Below, in pieces: positions 37,500-49,708 of a stretch of 64,000 nt of DNA (positions within the stretch are counted from its first letter, which is position 1; each line of letters begins with the position of its first letter). A model generated the notes under the pieces. It saw only the letters and a list, made by a program, of their open reading frames with translations. It was not told where the DNA came from and did not search any database. Location of the stretch: assembly GCA_951406725.2 (NCBI GenBank), contig OX597815.1, positions 38,254,001 to 38,318,000 of the forward strand, in the 5' to 3' direction. The translations under genes were made by a program, and so were the position numbers. The DNA comes from Octopus vulgaris. Lineage: Eukaryota.

Positions 37500-39942
37500 C
37501 GTGTGTGTTTAGTTCCATACCGTCTCCACCTACCAAAGTCACTCACAAGGGAATTAGTCAGTCCGGTGCTATAATAGAATACATTTCCCCCAAGTACAGT
37601 GCATGGCGATTGAACCCAAAACCATGTGGTTGCAAAGCAATCTTTGTAACCATGCCAGCACCTACACCTATAAAGAAACAAAGACACACACACCCATATA
37701 TGGGAGTGCGTGGACTTGTGGTTAGGGTGTTATACTCATGGTCCCGAGATCGTAGTTTCCATCCCTGAGACGGGTGGTTAGTTTTTTTCTGGAGCAAAAC
37801 ACTTCATCTCACGCTGCTTTGCGATCCTTCCGACAGCTGAAGTATGGTAAAGAGTACTCTAGTACAGATAATACTGATTTGATAACGGGAGTAAGCGTAT
37901 ATGCAGCACAAGCTTTTGATTGATCACTGTAAACAGATCGTCTGTACAGGTTCTACAGCAAGGAATTACAGTAGCCTCTTTTTCGAACTCTGTGACGATC
38001 AAACATTCATACATACATACACTCATACATACATACATATATATATAATACAAAATGGGACAAGAACGCAAAACATCCAGATAGACGATACAAAGGAAAC
38101 TATTAAGGGTTATTGGGAGTTTTCTTTCCTCAGTCGAGTTCAAGATTATCTTTGCAATTTCGGCTAGTTATACTCAAGATTGCTCCAATCTGCTCATATA
38201 TATATATATATATATATATAGATATACATACATATATGTGTGTGTATGTGTGTATGTGTGTGTGTTTGTGTTAGTGCGCGCACGCGTATGTATGTACATG
38301 CACACACATATAGATATAAAACTTATTTGTGCGAAAATTCAAAGTGAACAATATTAAATTTCCACATTGGTTGAGGACTGTCTGTAATAATGGAGTGCCA
38401 TTTTTTATTACAAGCATAGCAGTTGGATTTCTATTGTGACATGCTTGTCATAACGTCTGGTAATAAACAAGTCACTGGAGATGGTGGAATCAAAACTCTT
38501 CATCGAACAACTGACCGATGCTTACGTGTAGCAGCAGTCTGAATTGCAAGACAAGAGAGTGCATAAAGTATGTTCGCAAAATATCGCCGAACAAAAATTC
38601 GCTTTTTTCAATAGCATCTTCACATATATGTTAATTTAAAACTACTGCTACTACTATTTGTCCCCCCCCCCCCATTACATTACTAATGTATTGAGAATTA
38701 TGTCTTTTTTCCATAGAAATATTGTATACCTCCCTATACTTCCTTCATCTGTAAATAATAATTTGATAGATCCCAAATACCTAACTTAATAATGCTGATG
38801 AGATCCAAGGAGACTGAAATAACAGCTGTATGCGGACGATAAGGACTCTGTGATTAAAAGAAAGTATAATCAAATAAATACATAAACATACTTTTTATAC
38901 CTCTTACTGAAAACCACATTAGCCACGTGGATTCTGGGAACAACCAGTCAGTTAGGTTCAAGCAATTTTAATAGTGTTTACTAGTGTAGAGATTTAACAC
39001 TAAACTCTAGTACACTGTGAGATTGGCTATGTATTGTTCCTATTGAAACAATCTAGGTAAAATAAGGAAAGAGGAAAAGATAAATGCGTGTATGTAATGT
39101 TTGCATTTTAAATATATTGTGCATGTTTGTCTATGCCCGTGTATTTGTGTTTTATGTGAGCGTGACAGGATTTTGTTTTTGTGAGCGTATATTCAAATAT
39201 TAATATGAAGTTAAGAAGAATGACAGGGAAATATTATAATATGTTATTATACAAAGGATTCATTTGAAATATGCTTAACATAATATGTTTGAGTTCAGTA
39301 TAAATCTATTATATATGTTTCTAACTATTATGAATTAATTTGTTTAATAAATTTAAATATCATAGTGCACGCGATTTATGTTTGCGCGATTCTATGTTAT
39401 TAGCGGAGAATCTAGAAGATATAAAGTATCGTTCTAAAATGATTGAATAGCGTTTAAAGTCTCTCACGAAAAATTATATTATGAATAGACAAATATTCGT
39501 ATTCTTATAGTAGCAGTTTGGTACTCTTAGTCACAATACATTCATGGGGGTTATCATGCTTTCTTTGGTATGAATAAAGTTGGTGGTCCCCGAGCTCTTT
39601 CCTTTCAGACGTGATTTATAATCAGACGTGATTTATTCACTGAGTCTTCGCCTCTTCGCAGGCTTAATGTACAGTAAATATTTATACCCGGAGTTGTCCT
39701 TCCTCAAGTCCGGCTGCCTTTCAAGGCTGCTGGCCGCCTGCCAGTTATACTGCTGTTTTATTCGTAGTGCCTCTTCCCAGAGACATTGTTTAACAAAATA
39801 AGTCACTCCTAGTAGTCTTAGAATATTTTCTGCAGGTATTGTTTTTGTTCTTCTAGGTTTCTCGCAACATACTTCACAAACCAAAAGTAGATACATAACA
39901 TTGAATATAAACATTCAATATGTCAACTAAATTACAATACAA

Positions 39943-40136
39943 TACAGGGGAGTGCTGAAAAGTTCTCAGCTTCAAGTGTATCACAAAAGACATGTTTGGA
40001 GGCCCAACCTTCTGAGTTATTTTACAGGACCTAGATAAACAGAAGGACAGCTGCAATAAGTGTGTGAATCTTATAGGGGAATATAGTGAACAAAATCATG
40101 ATTAACTGATACTCCAGTGTTTTTTTTTTAACCTTA
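39943..40136 (+). mobile_element. mariner-derived MITE, right end truncated
   Basis: TACAGGGGAGTGCTGAAAAGTTC TIR-like start and AAGTGTGTGAATCTTATAGGGGAATATAGTGAA (mariner C-terminal KC...GEY.E). Confidence 0.6.
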
Positions 40137-41039
40137 AGCAGCGACTGAAAAAACGGAGAAATTTTACACAAATACAAATGCAAATAACAGGACAGAACAA
40201 CAGTTGCCTTTCGACTAAGGACGAATTAAATTAAGCTGGCATGTGTGGAAGTAAAGTTTTACGGCAGGGACATAAGATGTGACAGGCACAGCGAGGAATA
40301 TAGATGTCGCACGGATGGTAGTCGGACCAAGAAAGATAGGTCAGGCTTGGCCGAACACCGGTCACGGTGGGAGAGAAGAGAGAGAGAGAGGTAGTGGTAT
40401 GGGATAGAAGAATTAAGGAGGGGTGAGAAAAAATGAAAGGGACAGAAGACGGAAAGTGAGCATGAAGAGAAGGTCAGGAAATGTGAGAGAGAGGGAACGA
40501 AAGAACGAAGAGTGAAATGAACGAAGTAAGTGTGAAAGGGCTGATAGAAAGAAGGAAAGAATGAAAGAATAGAAAGAATAATTGAGTCGTGCAAAATTTA
40601 GATATATATATATACTTACATATAAGAGACCAAAGTGTACGTACGCTGCTATATTTTTAAATATAAAAAGATACAAAAATGGGACAAGAATGCAAAACAT
40701 TCAGATGGTTATGTGATACAAAAAAGGGAAAACAAAACCGCCAGACAGACGATACAAAGAAAACAAGGACGGGTAATTTGGAGTTTTCTGGATGTTTTGC
40801 GTTCTTGACCCATTTTTGTATTTTTTTATATATAAATATGTAGCGACGTACGTACGCTTTGGTCTCCTATATATATAAAGTTAATCCAAATAAGAAAGCA
40901 CAAAAAAACACAACAATGCGAGGACGTGGAACAAATATAGTATTATTGGACGCTCAGGAAAGGAGGGTTTAACGTTTCGACCGGAGCTCTTCGTCGGAAA
41001 CATAGGAGAAGGATGGATCCAGAGAAGGGAAGACAGAGG
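40137..41039. repeat. PLE terminal-repeat cluster, left arm of inverted duplication
   Basis: 40137-40352 and 40707-41039 are reverse complements of 42833-43059 and 42501-42835. Confidence 0.9.
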
Positions 41040-41737
41040 AAAAAAATCGCCAACGGTACACACGTGGTCACATTTTGAAAGACCGGAAGGAAATGGGTGA
41101 AGAAAGGTTTTTTCAAAGACAAGAGTGGTAGAGGAGGAGGAGGAATGTGTGTTTAAGTGTGGATATGTGCGTATATATATATATATAAATCAGTAAATGG
41201 TGGGGCTGTGTTAACCGCACGTGGAGAAATGATAGGAGAGGGAAAATTATAATAAGGCAGAATGCTAAATTGAAAGTAAATTTTTATAAAAATGGGTGTA
41301 TGGAAAATTAAAAAAGAAAAAATTATAAATCATACCGGTTTTCATTGCAAGGCAAATTTTGAAGATTTGGAAGGGGAAAAGAAACTTTTTTAAATTGAGA
41401 AAGTGGAAAAAAGAAACTTACAATATTTAAAAAAAAAATAATATATATATACAAAGATTAATAAATAAGTATATCAATACATTGTAGAGTCTTTATGCTT
41501 TTAGAGTTCAATAATAGTCCTTGGAAAAACTTCTTTGGAGGATTAGGATCCATGTGCTTAAATTCATCCAACGATTTAAAGTAAATACTAATGTGTGTAG
41601 GAGCGTGCGTACGTATGTATGTATCTTTGTAATGTAAGTATGCATTGAATATAGCTTCACTAAGTTATCTGCAGATGTTTTCGAATTTACATATAGATAT
41701 ACTGGCAGGTATGTTTAAACAATTTTACTTAGAAATA

Positions 41738-42195
41738 CCTATGGAAGATGGCAGAATACCCAAGGACATACTCTACGGAGAGCTTACTAGGGGCACTAGG
41801 TCTGTGGGAAGTCCGTTCTTACGATACAAGGATGCTTACAAAAGGGACATGAATGCCTGCAACATCAATATTACCAACTGGGAAGCAGATGCCAGCAACC
41901 GTGGAGATTGGCGACGTACCGTAAAAGAGGGAACACAAAGGAGTGACAGAGAGAGAGAGAGAGGGAGAAATGGAAAGACAAGAAAAGACGTCAACAAGAA
42001 GCTATGACATTACAACCAGCCAGGAAGTCTTCGCTACATCTGCGGCACCTGCCAGAGGGAGTGTTTGTCCAGGATAGGACTACACAGCCACATCAGGAAA
42101 TGTATTAGAGCATGAAATGTAAAAGCCGGACTAGATTATTCTATGCGCATCTCCATTGTCTCCCGAGACATAAAGGATGCCAATACAATACAAAC
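41738..42195 (+). mobile_element. RTE-clade LINE 3' end
   Basis: MEDGRIPKDILYGEL..G.P.LRYKD..KRDM...W...A.NR..WR and CGTCQRECLSRIGLHSHIRKC; short-repeat tail CAATACAATAC. Confidence 0.9.
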
Positions 42196-42500
42196 AATAC
42201 AATACTTAGTGATACCTATGAACTATCTTGTGCATTCATAATCTTCAATTATTCCAAAAATATAAATTCATGTAGAAGAATGGCGCAATCAAGATGGAAT
42301 TGGGAGAGCATTGTAAACAGCATCTGATGTTCTGGTCGATGCTGTGATATTATGAATAAATTTATATATTCATATGGAATAGAAATACGTAGTGAACTTA
42401 TCTAGCGGGGCATACATGCATCACCTCATAGTTATTACGATTCAAGATAATATGTTTTTCTTGGACTAATTTTAAATTTAGATGCTAAAATTAAACTAAA

Positions 42501-43250
42501 CCTCTGTCTTCCCTTCTCTGGATCCTTCCTTCTCCTATGTTTCCGACGAAGAGCTCCGGTCGAAACGTTAAACCCTCCTTCTTTCCTGAGCGTCCAATAA
42601 TACTATATTTGTTCCACGTCCTCGCATTGTTGTGTTTTTTTGTGCTTTCTTGTTTGGATTAACTTTATATATATAGGAGACCAAAGCGTACGTACGTCGC
42701 TATATATTTATATATAAAAGATACAAAAATGGGTCAAGAACGCAAAACATCCAGAAAACTCCAAATTACCCGTCCTTGTTTTCTTTGTATCGTCTGTCTG
42801 GCGGTTTTGTTTTCCCTTTTTTGTATCACATAACCGGTGTTCGGCCAAGCCTGACCTTTCTTTCTTGGTTCGACTACCATCCGTGCGACATCTATATTCC
42901 TCGCTGTGCCTGTCACATCTTATGTCCCTGCCGTAAAACTTTACTTCCACACATGCCAGCTTAATTTAATTCGTCCTTAGTCGAAAGGCAACTGTTGTTC
43001 TGTCCTGTTATTTGCATTTGTATTTGTGTAAAATTTCTCCGTTTTTTCAGTCGCTGCTTTCTTCCAATGAATCTAATGCTCATAGCTTAGTTTTTCCTTG
43101 GGGTTGGTCAGATTGCATCACCATCGAGTATAACCAGCCGAAATTGCAAAGATAATCTGGAACTCGACCGAGGAAGAAAGCTCCGAATGATTTATCCCTG
43201 TTTTCTTTGTATCGTCTATCTGGATTTTTTGCGTTCTTGTCTCATTTTTG
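42501..43250 (+). repeat. PLE terminal-repeat cluster, right arm of inverted duplication
   Basis: See 40137-41039; continues into a repeat also found at 38050-38195(-), with related copies at 47620-47745(+) and 58130-58350(-). Confidence 0.85.
42539..42573 (+). ncRNA. Hammerhead-like motif, variant core CCGACGA (duplicate at 40967-41001, minus)
   Basis: GTTT-CCGACGA-A-GAGC-TCC-GGTC-GAA-ACGT-T-AAAC; U4C core change and one stem II mismatch. Confidence 0.55.
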
Positions 43251-43268
43251 CATTATATATATATATAC

Positions 43269-43343
<75 letters not shown>

Positions 43344-44004
43344 TATATGGATATTATGGGTATATGACATCACCAACTGTATAAATACCAAAACAATACG
43401 AGTTAAATACTGAAGCAACGAGAGAAGAAGATGGAAAACAGGACAAGTAAACACGGAGAATGACACTTTATCAGTTTTCAGCTGTCTATCTACTCCTCAT
43501 TTCGAGCATTCAACGACTATATGAGACTTCAAAGACAGTTTCTCCCATAAATTCCAAAATAAAGTTTAGGATTTATAGAGGGTCAAAGTTGGGAACAAAA
43601 ACAGGACAGTGGAGACATACAAGGAAACCGAACGAAAACAGGAGGGTCGTTAGACCAGAACGAGAAGAAAATATTGAACGCTGGGAGAAATATTCTCTTT
43701 GAAAAGAGAAAAGATAGAAGAGAAAGAAAATGTCCAGTCCTTTGAACGTCCGTACAGAAAAAGAAAGATGGTCACGTAAGGAAAAGAAAGATGGGCAATA
43801 GTCACGTATGAGCAACGAGAGAGAGTGAGAGAAAGAGATAGAAGGGGAGAAAGACAAATAGAAAACGGTGAAGCAGGACAGGGAGAAAAAGGGAATTAGT
43901 AAAGGCTGGAGGAAGAAAACAGTAGAGAGCAGAGTCGCATCAAAAACTTGAAGATAAACTTACTTTACTGGATGCGGGGCGTTCAATTAAATAATAGTTA
44001 AATA

Positions 44005-44127
<123 letters not shown>

Positions 44128-44692
44128 ACTACAGGACGTCACCAACTGTGTAAACAACATGAAATACGAAAGCAAACGAGTTAAATTCGCTAGCAACTAG
44201 AGATAGAAATGGAAAACAGGACAAGTAAACTCAGAGAACGACCCTTCATCACGGAAAGAGGTGGAGAGGGAAATAGAATATACGAGAATTTATTAATAAT
44301 TATTTTGACACATCTACCATCGATCCATCGAGAGTAGGATATTCAACAACTGGTTCAGAAGCATCCGGTGGTACAGATGTATCTCCTCGGGTGATAAATA
44401 GACACAACTCATTAAAATAACAGTTCCGCAATGTAACTTCTCGTTTTTTTTTTCTTGAAATAAAAGCAGCCGGAGGGAGGAAATAGCTTCATTTGCATAG
44501 AACATCAAAAATAAAATCTCAGATGGGAAAAAGAGAAACGAATACGCAATACAGCGACAAAATTATTTTAAATAACTGTTAACAAATATGGATGCATAAA
44601 CTCGCTCGGTGAATCTGCATGGTGCAAGTGCACTCGCACTTACAAGCATCTACGAAAATGCGAGGTGTTTGTAAGAATGGGGAGATTAACAG

Positions 44693-44739
<47 letters not shown>

Positions 44740-47545
44740 ATATATATATATATGTATGTATTTTTTTTTTTTTTTGTACTTGTTTCAGTCATTTGACTGC
44801 GGCCATGCTGGAGCACCGCCTTTAGAGTGGTGAAAGAGTACAGCAGGGATCACCACCATCCCCTGCCGGAGCCTCGTGGAGCTTTTAGGTGTTTTCGCTC
44901 AATAAACACACACAACGCCCGGTCTGGGAATCGAAACCGCGATCCTCCGACCGCAAGTCCGCTGCCCTAACCACTGGGCCATATATATCTATTTATATAT
45001 TTATATATTTATATTTATATTAAGCACAAAAGTACGCACACAACTACCTGTTACTGTTACCTGTAACTAAATAATACATATATGTGTGGAAACCATGCAA
45101 TATATTTTCGTGAACTTTCGTTTTTTATTTCTTACTCTACCAACTTTCTAGATGTATATTTCATATTTTATATTCTTGCACTTACTATTCCTTTTATTGC
45201 ATTTTTTATTTTATTATTGTATTGCTCTTACTTTATTGAATTTTAGATTGATATATACTGTTCTTTTCCCATGCCTGATAATTTTCAATGAAATATTCTG
45301 GAAGACGTCTGATGCTGCGATACGTTTTTTTTTTTTTGTTTTTGTTTTAACTACGATTGCCAACTGATAAATCCATAGCTTCTTTTTATGCAAACTATTT
45401 AACCCTTTGTTTTCTTCGTGATAAGTCATTTACCCCATTGTAAAAGTCACAGATGTATATATTTTATATCAAATTATTGTAAATACTCAAATGAAATATC
45501 TATATTTCTGTACATCATTTGCTAAATACAAGATCACCTGGCATTTCTTTGTCTGGCTGTTTTACTTGTGAGTTTTTCTAACATCAAATTTTTTTTTAAA
45601 TTAGCGAAACCATTATAAAAATTCATGCAAGAAAATCATATGTAGCCAAACGCAGATGTTCAAAACCTAATGTTTTCATATAGTCCCTGATTGCAGTATT
45701 AATAATACTTCTACGCTTATTCTTATGGTGTCAAGCAAACTTGAGTGTCGTCAAAATCTCAGATATCTATATTCTGTAGAAATGTCCATTGATGTCCAAG
45801 GTGTTGAACGCGATTCACCCCTACTTACGCAGCTGGTAGTCCGATATTTTCTATTCCATCTTGTAAAATATCTATTAGCCTTTTTACATAACAAATTCTA
45901 GATGCATGCTATATCAATATTGTTTTATCAAATATCATCAAGGTTTTATTAGCAGGTAACAGTAGCCGGCCCTGCTATGCTGTAAACACTATAGAATAAC
46001 AACTGAGAATACTTTAATCTGAATAAAAGACAAACATATCTAATGGCCAGTGTTAACAGTATCAATAAACCAAAAGCTATAGCCCAGAAACAAAATTGCT
46101 ATGCAATTTGCTTTTGTTTGTTTTACGCCTACAAACGACTTCAGTAGAATAATATGTTATCGTCAATTTCTAAATGAGAATCGAAAAATGGATTTCGTGA
46201 AACTAGTGAAGTGTAACCTCACTTAAAGTAAAGCACTAAAGCATACCATTGTTAACTAATGGAAGTGACGATCAAAACTCTAATGGAAGCTATTAAAACT
46301 AATCGAGGAACATCTATTAGAAATATTTCAAGATATTTAATCCCACAAAATTCCCAAATGAGTCTACAGAGTTTCGGAATAAAGTAGATGTTTATGAAGA
46401 GATCTTTCGGCAAACAATTTTATATTTCCTATAATATCAGATGAGAAAATTCCATTGAGATAATTTCTTTTTTTACAAAAGCATCACAGGTTGCTGTTGT
46501 ATAGATAACAATCTAAGTCAATTGTTCAAAAAGAGGATAACAGAAGCAGTATCATATGAGATGGAGGTGGGGTCTCTTAGGCCTGTAGCTAGTAGGATGG
46601 CTGTTTTTGCAACATTTAAGATAATTCTGACACATCACACCATGAAGTGATAAGTTATAAAAATCCAAAGCAAGCGGGAGGTTGATATTGTCTTTAACAA
46701 AAATATCTTTATAACAAGAAAAGGGAGCATTATAAGCAAGAGTCGACAATGCAACACACACACACACATACACACACACACACACACACACATGATATAT
46801 GAATAAATATAATAAATTAAAAAGACACCAGCTGTTAATCCAACATTTTTTTTAAGTTACTTGTTACAGTAGTTTATTACCGAATCAACATTTTGGTGTT
46901 GCTGTTGATCTTTACTTTATTAGAACTCCTACTGACAAAGTCTATGGTCTAGAAATATTGAGTCGAAATACAAAATCTATCCATTACTTCAGATAAATGA
47001 AGTCTGTGTATGGTTAAAAAATCTCACTCCAATCTCCGATGTGTATAAGTTGGTTGATGTACAATTTAAGTAGTTTGGTACGTGGATGTTTTTAACACTC
47101 CATGGTGTTCATGTAACTTCGGTGATGATTGTACCGGGAGTGAAAACAGGGAATAAGGTCGGAGTAAACCAGTCTATTCTACACTTAGATCTGACTGTGT
47201 TCAAAATAGCATGCAGTGATAATGCTATAGTCTATGCAGTGAAGTTACTGCTGTATGATTCGTCTGCTCTTTTATATGTTAACTGAATGGGACTCTTAGT
47301 ATCTCAGAATATTGTCGTAACCATTTGTTCAGCACTGTCATGTACATATGTGTGTGCGTGTGTGTGGATGTGGGTATGCGTATGTATATATATTGTTCCA
47401 GTCATTAGAGTGCGGCCATTTTGGGGGTGCCGCCTTGAAGAATTTTAGTCGAATGTATCGAAACTAGTTCTTCGATTTTTTTAATTTTTGCAAGCCTGAG
47501 ACTTAGTCTATGGGTCTCCTTTTCTTTTACCCAACTCAAAGCTTA

Positions 47546-47604
<59 letters not shown>

Positions 47605-47747
47605 GTACATATATATATATGCCGAAATTACTACGATGATCCGGTTCTTGACTGAAGACCGAGGGTTTCGAATGTCCTGTCCGTGTTTATTGTATCGTCT
47701 TCTTGAGTTATACGTTCTTGTCCATGTTGTATTTTTCTACATACCTT

Positions 47748-47781
<34 letters not shown>

Positions 47782-47824
47782 ACTGGCTTCTATCAGTTCT
47801 TGTCTGCAAGATCCACTCACAACG

Positions 47825-47857
<33 letters not shown>

Positions 47858-47956
47858 CCATGTTGATATATATCGCCAGATCGCCATGTTAATTCGGTAG
47901 CTTCTGCACGCATTTTTTTTCTCTCCTTGTTTCTCTCCGTGTTTCTTTTCTGTGTA

Positions 47957-47994
47957 TCTTTCTGTTGAAGAGCGTAGGCTCGAAACGTAAAAGA
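47957..47994 (+). ncRNA. Hammerhead-like motif, variant core CUGUUGA
   Basis: TCTTT-CTGTTGA-A-GAGC-GTAG-GCTC-GAA-ACGT-A-AAAGA; all stems intact; lies in a ~160-bp repeat (47904-48062) also at 57861-58052. Confidence 0.65.
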
Positions 47995-48168
47995 CTTGTT
48001 TTATTTGTTTGTATTCCACCTGCCTTCGTCTTTTGTTTATTTTCATAAAGCTTCCCGTTATATATATACATACTAATATAGGATGAAGTTTTTTTACAGA
48101 AAAAAATTTCAGAAAAAAAATCGTAGTATTTTAAGATGCCTTTAAAAAATTAAGTTAACTTTAACCTT

Positions 48169-48217
<49 letters not shown>

Positions 48218-48847
48218 TTGCTTAAAAGCCGCCTGGTGAAGCGACTTTTAAGCTAGCTTCTGTGAAGGGCTTTTCATTGGGTTTTGACCCCAACAATGAC
48301 ACGTCATGCATTGAGTACATATTAAATTTTATCAAATTTGACCAAAATCTTTCAAGCAATGAACAAGTTTCATCAAAACAATAATATAATTTATCGACAT
48401 TTTTCTATCTAACCTCTGTCTTTCTCTGTCTGTCTGTTTGTCTGTCTGTCAGTCTCTCTCTTTCTCTCTCTTCATCTTTTTTTTTTTCTCTCTCTCTCTC
48501 TCTCTTTCTGTTGATTGTTTTCAACCAGCACCATCACCAGTACCACTACCATCGCCAACACAGCTATCAAACACATATCATTTAGACTTCTGACGCCACC
48601 ACCAACTTTGACTTCGCCGCCTTCCCCACGACCACCAAAACCATAATCACCGTCACCTCCACCTCTATCACAACTACAGCTCATACTATTACTATCACCC
48701 CATTACCATCACATCCGCCCTCCCCGTCTCTCTGCCTACTATTAGTCTCACCCCAACATGAGGAATAGTAGACGTGTCATTGAATAGTGAGAGAGGGGGG
48801 CCAAAGTGTGACACACTGGCACACAGAAATTCGTTTTAGCATGTATT

Positions 48848-48889
<42 letters not shown>

Positions 48890-48890
<1 letters not shown>

Positions 48891-49637
48891 TAGCAGTATC
48901 GCCCGGCGTTGCTCAGGTTTGTAAGGGAAATAACTATAAAGCATTTTTAGAGAGTTATAGCCAAAAAATAGCAAAAAAATGGAAAAAAATGATGGTAAAT
49001 TTTTTTTGTGATTAAAAAAGGTGGTGTTGCGTCCCATAGACAGTTTTTCGTTTGTGTTTCTGATTCTCGACCCCATGTCGAATTTATCGATTTTTATCAG
49101 AACTGGGGGAACTTTTCAAAATTTTCGCTGCGTTAGTTTTGAATTATGACATTGGGCTATGTGTGTGTCAAGTTTCATCAGAATCGGTTGAAAGCCGTGG
49201 TCAGGGTGAGGGTACAAGCAAACAGACATACAGAAACACGCACATAAAAACTGCCGTTTATATATATATACTAGCAGTATCGCCCGGCGTTGCTCAGGTT
49301 TGTAAGGGAAATAACTATAAAGCATTTTTAGAGAGTTATAGCCAAAAAATAGCCAAAAAATGGAAAAAAAGATGTTAAATTTTTTTTTTGTGATTAAAAA
49401 AGGTGGTGTTGCGTCCCATAGACAGTTTTTCGTTTGTGTTTCTGATTCTCGACCCCATGTCGAATTTATCGATTTTTATCAGAACTGGGGGAACTTTTCA
49501 AAGTTTTCGCTGCGTTAGTTTTGAATTATGACATTGGGCTATGTGTGTGTCAAGTTTCATCAGAATCGGTTGAAAGCCGTGGTCAGGGTGAGGGTACAAG
49601 CAAACAGACACACAGAAACACGCACAGACAAACTGCC

Positions 49638-49641
<4 letters not shown>
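48890..49641 (-). mobile_element. Two head-to-tail non-autonomous Helitron copies (381-bp period)
   Basis: Each unit ends on minus strand in an imperfect hairpin CCTGAGCAACGCCGGG followed by CTAG^T; units start at 48890 and 49271; flanked by (TA)n. Confidence 0.8.

Positions 49642-49708
<67 letters not shown>

Noticed and set aside
38790-38835. CTGATGAG...GAAATAACAGCTGTA hammerhead candidate
   Set aside because: Core present, but stems I and II do not pair convincingly and stem III is out of register.
45300-47330. Possible hAT-like transposase relic or exon with a GTAAGT donor near 45829 (minus)
   Set aside because: Only faint motif resemblance (CAGGGCCGGC end, GVKTGNKVGV); many stops and no paired TIR or TSD found.
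47640-47680. CTGAAGA..CGAAT motif in PLE-like repeats (also ~43168, ~38120, ~58190)
   Set aside because: Lacks GAAA and closing stems, so not called as a hammerhead.
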